From the IMG/VR virus record IMGVR_UViG_3300005611_000002, positions 130,646 to 194,645 of that record: a DNA stretch of 64,000 bases; one strand, 5' to 3'. Both the position numbers and the translations under genes were made by a program. This DNA comes from a virus. Its lineage: Duplodnaviria; Caudoviricetes. The notes below the pieces were generated by a model that did no database searches, was not told the origin of the DNA, and was given only the letters and a program-made list of their open reading frames with translations. This document shows positions 49,751 to 56,361 of the stretch, piece after piece. Position 1 is the first letter of the stretch. The number at the start of each line of letters is the position of its first letter.

Positions 49751-50365
49751 ATGCTTTCCTTTTCTCAGTATCTAAACGAGAACTACAAGAACTTCATTGG
49801 TCCACAGTCTATTCCTCAACGTGAGAAATGGATTGACCAAGCTTGGGATATAGTTCAAAAGTCCTATGCTCCTATCGGTGGCATCAAAGGTTCCGGTTTC
49901 AACTCAAAGCAAGAGATGCTTGAAAAGATTCCTTTCTGGAAGATCTATAAGAAAGGTGACAAGTTACTAGTAGCAGTCTTTTATAAAGACAAAGGCGGAC
50001 GAAAGTCTGTCGCAATTGCCACCGATGGTTCTGACGAAGCAAAAAAAGTCGTAGCAAAGGTTTTCAAGGACTCACTCGGAGTATCATACGGTGAGAAATC
50101 AGGACCTGCTCTTGCTACAATGATGAAATCTGTACCTTGGGATGAACTCAAGAACTTCATGTTTACACCAGATCAAGTCGAAAAGATTACTGGCAAAAAA
50201 GTAATTCGTCTTGAAAAGTTTGGAGCTGACAACCTCGATGCTAAAGATCGGTTCACATATGATAAGTTTCCAAAGCTAAGACCATACTTTTATGTTCGCG
50301 AGCTCGGTGGTGAGTATCATCTGAAAGCTGCAATGGGAACTCCGAATCTTCCAATTTTGAGTTGA
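49751..50365 (+). CDS. Late-expressed hypothetical protein, possible internal head protein
   Basis: TATAAATA at 49724; N-terminal MLSFSQYLNE resembles T4-like capsid-targeting leaders. Confidence 0.6.
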   Translation: MLSFSQYLNENYKNFIGPQSIPQREKWIDQAWDIVQKSYAPIGGIKGSGFNSKQEMLEKIPFWKIYKKGDKLLVAVFYKDKGGRKSVAIATDGSDEAKKVVAKVFKDSLGVSYGEKSGPALATMMKSVPWDELKNFMFTPDQVEKITGKKVIRLEKFGADNLDAKDRFTYDKFPKLRPYFYVRELGGEYHLKAAMGTPNLPILS

Positions 50366-50414
50366 CAAATCGCCAGTTTTGGTTTATGATGATTCTATAA
50401 TGAAAGGAATCAGT

Positions 50415-50987
50415 ATGATCTATGTCTATCTTCATGGCTTCAATTCAGCCTATGATCCTCTATCAACAAAAGTTAAAGCACTCTCGACTCTCGGCGAAGT
50501 TGTTGGTATTACTTACAACACGTTCGGAACATATGACGAAATCTTTTCTGAGATTGAAAGTCAAGTTCCGGATGAAGAAGTCATTTTTGTCGGTACATCA
50601 CTTGGTGGTTTCTGGGCTGCAGAAATGGCAAAGCACTTCGGCATGCCCTCTGTAATCATCAATCCTTGTTTGGATCCAAATGAAGCTCTTCGCAAATACA
50701 TTGATGAGCCTCATCTGAACTACGTAACTGGTGACTATATGACTCTGACTGAGGGTGCAGTCAATAGTTATCAAACCGAAGTATCTTCTGATACCGCTTT
50801 CTTGCCGCTAGTTCTTTTGGACATGGGTGATGAAGTAATTGACTCGTTTGAAACTCGTAAAGCGCTCGAAGGATTTCCAATGGTTCACTACGCTGGTGGT
50901 AGTCATCGGTTCGAACACATGGAAGATGCTCTCGAAGAGATCGCTGAATATGTAAATCACTGTTCGAATGCTGGTTTATCAGTCTGA
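50415..50987 (+). CDS. YqiA/YcfP-family alpha/beta hydrolase (esterase)
   Basis: YLHGFNS, GTSLGG, INP, DEV, GGSHRF. Confidence 0.88.
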   Translation: MIYVYLHGFNSAYDPLSTKVKALSTLGEVVGITYNTFGTYDEIFSEIESQVPDEEVIFVGTSLGGFWAAEMAKHFGMPSVIINPCLDPNEALRKYIDEPHLNYVTGDYMTLTEGAVNSYQTEVSSDTAFLPLVLLDMGDEVIDSFETRKALEGFPMVHYAGGSHRFEHMEDALEEIAEYVNHCSNAGLSV

Positions 50988-51033
50988 TAAATAGTAAATT
51001 CTTACAGGAGGCAATACATATGAGTAATGATCC

Positions 51034-51774
51034 TTGCGACGATGTGACTCATTGGATTGGAATGTTGATTTGAAAAAGTATATTTTTGATGTAGATGGTA
51101 CTCTTACGCCAAGTCGTAAACCTATAGAGCAAGATTTTAGAGATTACTTTCAAGATTTTGCTTCAAAACATAGTGTGTATCTTGTAACAGGAAGCGATAG
51201 AAAAAAGACACTTCAGCAGATTGGTCAAAAAATATATGACCTCTGTGAAAGAGTTTATCAGTGTTCTGGTAACGATGTTTGGGAAAAAGATCAACACATT
51301 AGATCTTCGGAAATTGAAATACCGTGCAATATGTACGAAGATTTTACTCGATTTTTTAGCGAAAGTAACTTCAAGATAAGAACTGGAACTCATCTAGACA
51401 AGAGACCTGGTCTAGTAAACTTTTCCATTATAGGCCGTAATTGTACTCAGTCAGAGCGACAAGAATATATTGAATATGATAATGCCTTTCAGGAAAGAGA
51501 ACACATAGCTGCGGCACTTCGACGAAAGTATTCGGATTTTGATATACAAATTGCCGGTGAAACTGGAATAGATATTACGCTCAAAGGAAAGGATAAGTCT
51601 CAGATCATAAAAGATTTTGATACGAGTGATCAACTTCATTTCTTTGGTGATAAGATGAATCCAAACGGAAACGATTATTCTCTTGCTCAGAGAGTACTCG
51701 AACGAAACAGATTTGTATACAACGTCAAGTCTTGGGAAGAAACATGGGAACATCTAAAAAAATTGTCGGTCTGA
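51034..51774 (+). CDS. HAD-IIB phosphomannomutase-like protein (start probably TTG 51070)
   Basis: FDVDGTLT..R, VTGSD, NFS..GR, K, FFGD....GND motifs as in eukaryote-type PMM. Confidence 0.82.
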   Translation: MRRCDSLDWNVDLKKYIFDVDGTLTPSRKPIEQDFRDYFQDFASKHSVYLVTGSDRKKTLQQIGQKIYDLCERVYQCSGNDVWEKDQHIRSSEIEIPCNMYEDFTRFFSESNFKIRTGTHLDKRPGLVNFSIIGRNCTQSERQEYIEYDNAFQEREHIAAALRRKYSDFDIQIAGETGIDITLKGKDKSQIIKDFDTSDQLHFFGDKMNPNGNDYSLAQRVLERNRFVYNVKSWEETWEHLKKLSV

Positions 51775-52181
51775 CATGTAGTACTTTTGACTTGTTGCAC
51801 GCGGGTCACATTCAAATGTTACGTGAAGCTAAATCGCATTGTGATTATTTGATTGTCGCATTACAGGTTGATCCGAGTGATGATCGCCCAGAAAAGAATG
51901 CTCCAGTACAGACTTTGGTAGAAAGATATGTACAACTCTCGGCAGTTAAATATGTTGATGAAATCGTCACATATCAGAACGAAAGAGACTTGGAAGATAT
52001 TCTTGAGATGTTTCCAATTGATATGCGCATTCTTGGTGAAGAGTACAGAGACAAAGACTTTACTGGTCGCGAAATATGCAAGCGCCGTGGTATCCAGCTG
52101 TATTTCAACAAGCGAGATCATCGGTTTTCAAGTAGCGGACTGAGAAAAAGAGTATCCGAAATAAATAAGAATGTACAATAA
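51732..52181 (+). CDS. Cytidylyltransferase (TagD/RfaE-like)
   Basis: FDLLHAGH, ER......KYVDE, R...SSS..R. Confidence 0.88.
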   Translation: MGRNMGTSKKIVGLTCSTFDLLHAGHIQMLREAKSHCDYLIVALQVDPSDDRPEKNAPVQTLVERYVQLSAVKYVDEIVTYQNERDLEDILEMFPIDMRILGEEYRDKDFTGREICKRRGIQLYFNKRDHRFSSSGLRKRVSEINKNVQ

Positions 52182-52193
52182 AAGGAACACACC

Positions 52194-52628
52194 ATGGATA
52201 AAGAACAACTCATATCACAGATGAAGGTGATCCTCGCATCTTCATTCTCATTCTATCTCAAAGCACACAACTATCACTGGAATGTTACCGGTCCGAACTT
52301 TGCTCAATATCACACTTTCTTTGGTGATCTCTACACAGAAGTATGGGAATCACTTGATACCACTGCAGAGGAAATTCGCAAGCTAGGATCTTTTGCTCCA
52401 GGTTCACTCTCAAGATATTCAGAAATCACACGTATCGAAGATGAGTTGAACATTCCAGATGCTTCAGTCATGTTCGGAAGACTCGCAGCAGACAATGACA
52501 AACTGCTGGAACTTCTCTACCGCGCTCGAGCAACTGCAGATGAAGTCGATGCTGCGGGTACTCTTGACTATCTCGAAGCTCGCATTGGTATCCATGAAAA
52601 ATACGCCTGGATGCTAAAAAGTTTCTAA
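52194..52628 (+). CDS. dps: Dps-family ferritin-like protein
   Basis: HNYHWNV.G..F...H..F...Y, D..AE.IR, HEK..WML. Confidence 0.93.
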   Translation: MDKEQLISQMKVILASSFSFYLKAHNYHWNVTGPNFAQYHTFFGDLYTEVWESLDTTAEEIRKLGSFAPGSLSRYSEITRIEDELNIPDASVMFGRLAADNDKLLELLYRARATADEVDAAGTLDYLEARIGIHEKYAWMLKSF

Positions 52629-52698
52629 AAAGTGAAAAAAGATGTTGACATTCACGAAAAGTGATATAAATATATACCTATACAACAAAGGAATAACC

Positions 52699-52785
52699 AT
52701 GACTAACCCCATTATGAAAAGCATTTATACCATTTGTGCATATAAGCATGAACGCTTTGTGCTGCTGGAGGGCTATGGTGGTTAA
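52699..52785 (+). CDS. Putative attenuator leader peptide (28 aa)
   Basis: AAAGGA RBS; MTNPIMKSIYTICAYKHERFVLLEGYGG; contains CTGGAGGG complementary to the terminator 5' arm. Confidence 0.65.
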   Translation: MTNPIMKSIYTICAYKHERFVLLEGYGG

Positions 52786-52810
52786 CTAGTTTAGTAAGTT
52801 AACGAGTTCC

Positions 52811-52845
52811 AAACCCTCCAGGCGAAAGTCTCGGAGGGTTTTTTA
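52811..52845 (+). terminator. Intrinsic terminator (attenuator)
   Basis: AAACCCTCC-loop-GGAGGGTTT followed by a T run. Confidence 0.85.
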
Positions 52846-52849
52846 TTGG

Positions 52850-52878
52850 TTGACAAACGGTCCGAATCAGTATAATAT
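52850..52878 (+). promoter_or_regulatory. Sigma70-type promoter with GAATC in the spacer, upstream of tRNA array
   Basis: TTGACA-aacggtccGAATCagta-TAATAT. Confidence 0.75.
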
Positions 52879-52904
52879 CAAAATATAAGGAATGAAAATT
52901 CCAC

Positions 52905-52916
52905 GCTCTTTGAAAA
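52905..52916 (+). promoter_or_regulatory. boxA-like antitermination element
   Basis: GCTCTTTGAAAA shortly after the promoter, matching the rrn boxA pattern. Confidence 0.55.
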
Positions 52917-52961
52917 TTTATGTTTGTCTTAGGCAAAAGCCGATAATAGACTGGAAATAGA

Positions 52962-53118
52962 AAATTCTGTTTTCACATGCACTATATGCTGGTGTAATAC
53001 GATCGGTTCGAATCCGGAGGAAGGTATAGGCACGAGAAGACTGGTTCGACTCCAGTTGAAAGCCGGGGTGGTAAATGAAGGTTCGATTCCTTCGGTAGTG
53101 CAGCTGAAAACAGAGTTT
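52962..53118 (+). ncRNA. Structured RNA with three T-loop hairpins
   Basis: Closing stems CTGTTTTCA/TGAAAACAG and TGCACTA/TAGTGCA enclose three GG-TTCGANT-CC hairpins. Confidence 0.65.
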
Positions 53119-53158
53119 GGCGAGGTATGCAAGCGGTCGAAGCAGATTTGAAATCTGG
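53119..53158 (+). pseudogene. Truncated tRNA-like 5' fragment (Ser UGA-like)
   Basis: D-arm-like TGC-AAGCGGTCGAA-GCA and CAGA-TTTGAAA-TCTG, no T arm or acceptor 3' strand. Confidence 0.4.
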
Positions 53159-53195
53159 TTTATTATAAATACCTTTATAAAAAGGAGTATTAATA

Positions 53196-53621
53196 ATGAA
53201 GCAGAAACACGATCAAATCTCGGATAATCAAATTATAGAATGCTTTAATAAACATAAACATATAGGTAAAATATCTCATGAATTGAACTTGCCTCATATA
53301 AGTGTCTGGAGACGATTAAAAAAACTTGGGTTAAAAACGGAAAAATCTGGGTCTGGTAAAAAAATAGAATTGGAAGAAATATTAGATGGAAAACATCCAT
53401 ATTATCAAACGTTTAAACTAAAAAATCGAATACTTAAAGAAGGTTTATTTGAATATAAATGTGTTAGTTGCAACAATGAAGAATGGATGGGAAATAAAAT
53501 TCCTCTACAATTAGACCATATTAACGGAGATTCTTCTGATCATAGAAAAGATAATTTGAGATTACTTTGTCCAAATTGTCACAGCCAAACAGATACTTGG
53601 TGTGGTAAAAACAAAAAATGA
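53196..53621 (+). CDS. HNH endonuclease
   Basis: C..C, LQLDHING...D....NLRLLCPNCH; TATAAATA at 53164. Confidence 0.9.
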   Translation: MKQKHDQISDNQIIECFNKHKHIGKISHELNLPHISVWRRLKKLGLKTEKSGSGKKIELEEILDGKHPYYQTFKLKNRILKEGLFEYKCVSCNNEEWMGNKIPLQLDHINGDSSDHRKDNLRLLCPNCHSQTDTWCGKNKK

Positions 53622-53709
53622 GGGGATACGGCGAAGTTGGAGAGTCGCGGCAGTCTGTAAAACTGTTCCTGAAAAGGTGAGTTGGTTCGAATCCATCCCA
53701 CTCCCACCA
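53622..53709 (+). tRNA. tRNA-Tyr(GUA), imperfect acceptor stem
   Basis: D stem GCGA/TCGC, anticodon arm GCAGT-CTGTAAA-ACTGT, long variable arm, TTCGAAT, CCA end. Confidence 0.65.
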
Positions 53710-53715
53710 AAACAA

Positions 53716-53790
53716 GGTGCTATAGTTCAGCGGTAGAACACACGGCTCATATCCGTCATGTCAGAGGTTCAAATCCTCTTAGCACCACCA
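53716..53790 (+). tRNA. tRNA-Met or Ile2 (CAU)
   Basis: GGTGCTA/TAGCACC acceptor, CTCATAT loop, CCA. Confidence 0.88.
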
Positions 53791-53791
53791 T

Positions 53792-53869
53792 GTCCCCATG
53801 GTCTAGCGGTCTAGGACGCTCCCCTTTCAAGGGAGAGGGCGCTCGGTTCAAATCCGGCTGGGGATACCA
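53792..53869 (+). tRNA. tRNA-Glu(UUC)
   Basis: GTCCCCA/TGGGGAT acceptor, CTCCC-CTTTCAA-GGGAG, CCA. Confidence 0.85.
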
Positions 53870-53877
53870 AAAATAAC

Positions 53878-53953
53878 GCAACTGTGGTGAGGCTGGTGCT
53901 CACGCCTGGTTGAAGCCCAGGAGACGAATGTTCAATTCATTCCGGTTGCACCA
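53878..53953 (+). tRNA. tRNA-Phe(GAA)
   Basis: GCAACTG/CGGTTGC acceptor, CCTGG-TTGAAGC-CCAGG, CCA. Confidence 0.85.
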
Positions 53954-53968
53954 TATAAAGGAAAGCTT

Positions 53969-54154
53969 ATGCAGAATGATTTAAAACTAATCGCTAGAAA
54001 GCTAAAAGAAGCACGAAAGCTTCCTGAAAACAATCCAACCGAGTATAATCATAAGCAAATGATACTTAATCACTGGAAGCTTGAGAGATACATGCTCATG
54101 AAAGCGATTGAACAAGAGATCAGAACACGTGAATATTTTGCAAATAATAGTTGA
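53969..54154 (+). CDS. Hypothetical protein inside tRNA array
   Basis: 61-aa ORF with AAGGA RBS. Confidence 0.55.
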   Translation: MQNDLKLIARKLKEARKLPENNPTEYNHKQMILNHWKLERYMLMKAIEQEIRTREYFANNS

Positions 54155-54179
54155 CATTCATTTAGAATCAGTATAGATT
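54151..54179 (+). promoter_or_regulatory. Sigma70-type promoter with GAATC in the spacer
   Basis: TTGACA-ttcatttaGAATCagta-TAGATT. Confidence 0.65.
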
Positions 54180-54202
54180 GATAATATATAAAGGAGATGC
54201 AA

Positions 54203-54346
54203 ATGAAACGAAAACCTAAGATACTCAAACCAAGAAATCCTGACCTGGTTGCAGCAATGTTTCGTAAGGCAGGTGCTCATGGTAAGAGCAGAAAAGCTGA
54301 ACGTAGAGCAGCTAAAGTTTCTCTACTAAAAACAGTGGACCCGTAG
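54203..54346 (+). CDS. Small basic protein (47 aa), stop codon inside tRNA-Lys
   Basis: Read by hand: MKRKPKILKPRNPDLVAAMFRKAGAHGKSRKAERRAAKVSLLKTVDP; AAGGAG RBS. Confidence 0.7.
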   Translation: MKRKPKILKPRNPDLVAAMFRKAGAHGKSRKAERRAAKVSLLKTVDP

Positions 54347-54410
54347 CTGAGTGGTGTAGCAGGAGACTTTTAATCTCTAGACGGGAGTTCGATTCTCCTC
54401 GGGTTCACCA
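54337..54410 (+). tRNA. tRNA-Lys(UUU)
   Basis: GGACCCG/CGGGTTC acceptor, GGAGA-CTTTTAA-TCTCT, CCA. Confidence 0.88.
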
Positions 54411-54517
54411 TTACTTTGATGATACACTGTCTTGGTTTGGCTTTGGTCTAGTCCCGATAGCAAAGCCCCAGATCAAGTCCAACGGGTAAAGACTTGCAGT
54501 GTATCTTCTAAGTAATG
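54411..54517 (+). ncRNA. Structured RNA, three-way junction with potential kissing loops
   Basis: GATACACTG/CAGTGTATC encloses GGCTTTG/CAAAGCC and CAAGTC/GACTTG hairpins; loops carry CCCG and CGGG. Confidence 0.55.
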
Positions 54518-54521
54518 AATA

Positions 54522-54588
54522 TCCCGTGACTGGTGGTGCGCAGACTGCAGCTGTGCTGAAGACGGTTCAATTCCGTAACACGGGGCCA
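54522..54588 (+). pseudogene. Degenerate tRNA-like element (GCA anticodon, reduced D arm)
   Basis: CCCGTG/CACGGG acceptor, ACGG-TTCAATT-CCGT T arm, CCA end, only 67 nt. Confidence 0.45.
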
Positions 54589-54597
54589 AAATAGAAT

Positions 54598-54748
54598 AGG
54601 CAGCGGCAACTGCCTTGACTGAGAGACTACTCCTCTACGTTTTGCCGAATGTAGGTTGCGGTAGATTGCTTCGTCTAGTGGATAGGACGCCCTGCGCATC
54701 CACGGGGAGACACGGGTTCGATTCCTGTAGCAACATTGCTCTCAGTCA
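54598..54748 (+). ncRNA. Structured RNA containing an embedded tRNA-like domain
   Basis: TGACTGAGAG/CTCTCAGTCA 10-bp stem encloses D arm, T arm and acceptor-like stem; upstream hairpin loop CGGCAA complementary to TTGCCG. Confidence 0.55.
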
Positions 54749-54756
54749 GAAATTAC

Positions 54757-54830
54757 TGTCCTATAGCTCAACGGTAGAGTGAACGACTGATAATCGTTAG
54801 ATGGAAGTTCGATTCTTCCTAGGACAACCA
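54757..54830 (+). tRNA. tRNA-Ile(GAU)
   Basis: TGTCCTA/TAGGACA acceptor, AACGA-CTGATAA-TCGTT, CCA. Confidence 0.87.
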
Positions 54831-54839
54831 AAATAAAAT

Positions 54840-54921
54840 GGTGTGGTGACGGAACGGTAACGTGCTGGATTGCAAATCCAAGGCCTGAAAAGAGTGAGTT
54901 CGACTCTCACCCACACTTCCA
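54840..54921 (+). tRNA. tRNA-Cys(GCA) with enlarged variable region
   Basis: GGTGTGG/CCACACT acceptor, U discriminator, TGGA-TTGCAAA-TCCA, CCA. Confidence 0.8.
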
Positions 54922-54923
54922 AT

Positions 54924-54995
54924 GGCCCCATAGATTATGGGTTAGATCACTGCCCTTTCAAGGCGGAGAATCGGGTTCGAGTCCCGGTGGGGCTA
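54924..54995 (+). tRNA. tRNA-Glu(UUC), second copy, no encoded CCA
   Basis: GGCCCCA/TGGGGCT acceptor, CTGCC-CTTTCAA-GGCGG, TTCGAGT. Confidence 0.82.
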
Positions 54996-55053
54996 CATAG
55001 AGAACATGAAATGTATAAATAGTACTGAAGAGGTAAAACTATAGGTACATTTC

Positions 55054-55671
55054 ATGTTCTACACAATTTATAAAATAACTAATAAGATCAACGGCAAAAT
55101 CTACATTGGTAAACATCAGACCAAAGACCTAAATGATGGATATATGGGCTCAGGTAAACTCATAATAGCAGCTATTGAAAAATATGGAATTGATAATTTT
55201 GAAAAAGAAATTCTCTTTCAATTCGATAGTGAAACTGATATGGACACCAAAGAAGCTGAACTGGTAACTGACGAATTTGTGAAAGAAGATACCAACTATA
55301 ATCTTTGCCCTGGCGGTAAAGGTGGTTGGGGGTATATCAACTCTAATGATTTATCGCCAAGATTTGCAAACTATGTAGGCACTAAAAAGTACAAAGAATG
55401 GTCAGCAAAGGGTGGCAAAAAAACAGGAAGAGTGAATATCACTAATGCCCATTTAGAAGGTAAAATAAGATATGATACCTTTACTGGTAAAACACATAGT
55501 GATGAAACCAAAAGAAAAATATCCGAAGCAAACTCTAAAATAACTGGTTCTAAAAACTCTCAATATGGTACTATGTGGATTACTAATGGTAAAGAGAATA
55601 AAAAAATAAAAAAAGATGTCGATAGTATACCAGAAGGATGGTATAAAGGTAGAAAAATAATGCTTCCGTAG
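55054..55671 (+). CDS. Seg-like GIY-YIG homing endonuclease with NUMOD3
   Basis: TIYKITN.INGKIYIGKH, YMGSG, YNL..GG.GG, GKTHSDETKRKIS; TATAAATA at 55014. Confidence 0.92.
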   Translation: MFYTIYKITNKINGKIYIGKHQTKDLNDGYMGSGKLIIAAIEKYGIDNFEKEILFQFDSETDMDTKEAELVTDEFVKEDTNYNLCPGGKGGWGYINSNDLSPRFANYVGTKKYKEWSAKGGKKTGRVNITNAHLEGKIRYDTFTGKTHSDETKRKISEANSKITGSKNSQYGTMWITNGKENKKIKKDVDSIPEGWYKGRKIMLP

Positions 55672-55738
55672 CTCAACTGAATAGAGCATCTGGCTACGAA
55701 CCAGAAGGTTAGGGGTTTGAGTCCTCTCGGAAGTTCCA
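55662..55738 (+). tRNA. tRNA-Arg(ACG)
   Basis: GCTTCCG/CGGAAGT acceptor, TCTGG-CTACGAA-CCAGA, CCA. Confidence 0.88.
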
Positions 55739-55810
55739 AAAAATGTAAAATAGTGGTTGACATACATAAAAAATATGTTAGATTTAATCTATGATGTGAA
55801 CGAAGTGAAT

Positions 55811-55871
55811 TGGATGAATTCAGCAACTCAAAAACGCTATAATTTATGGTCTTAGCGGACAAAATCATCCA
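55811..55871 (+). ncRNA. Short Y-RNA-like element (stem + CAGCAA motif)
   Basis: TGGATGA-ATTCAGCAA...AAAA-TCATCCA with an internal CGCTA/TAGCG hairpin; same frame as 56362-56488. Confidence 0.5.
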
Positions 55872-55883
55872 GAAAGGAATAAC

Positions 55884-56207
55884 ATGACTTGGAACCTTTT
55901 TATTGACGATGAACGTTTTCCACCAAATGATGGTAAGGACTGGGTTATTGCCAGAGACGGTTCTCGAGTATTAAAAGAGTTTTTAGACCGTGGAATGCCA
56001 AGCTATATTAGCTTCGACCACGACCTAGGACCGGAAAGCGGTACTGGCTATGACATTGCTAAACTTCTTGTAGATATTGATATGAGAACTACAGAAGAAC
56101 AATATCGCTTTCCACAAGATTTTGACTTCTATGTACATAGTCAGAATCCTATAGGTAAGAAAAACATCGAGTCTTACCTTAAAAACTATCTTGTACAAAA
56201 AACATGA
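55884..56207 (+). CDS. Cyclic-phosphate-processing receiver-like (divergent REC) domain protein
   Basis: LFIDDER, ISFDHDLG, TGYD, VHSQNP.G motifs. Confidence 0.75.
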   Translation: MTWNLFIDDERFPPNDGKDWVIARDGSRVLKEFLDRGMPSYISFDHDLGPESGTGYDIAKLLVDIDMRTTEEQYRFPQDFDFYVHSQNPIGKKNIESYLKNYLVQKT

Positions 56208-56333
56208 AACCTTGGTTGGTTTCAGCCCAGCAATCATGAAGTCTGTTCTCTCTGTAGAAGACCTTGAAGACTTCACTCCGTTCAATGTGATGGTGAAAAC
56301 CCTCATGAATGAGCGTTACGATTACTAATCGGT

Positions 56334-56349
56334 TAGGCCTTCGGGCCTA
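56334..56349 (+). other. cUUCGg hairpin
   Basis: TAGGCC-TTCG-GGCCTA; lacks a clear T run, so a processing/stabilising hairpin or weak terminator. Confidence 0.5.
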
Positions 56350-56361
56350 GCCTCCAATCTT

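Noticed and set aside
52929-54699. Track ORFs 52929-53132, 53521-53715, 53682-53876 and 54508-54699
   Set aside because: Overlap tRNAs and structured RNAs; no RBS
54616-54752. Hammerhead ribozyme (CTGAGAG ... GAAA)
   Set aside because: Core does not fit CUGANGA and the segment is fully paired with 54739-54748
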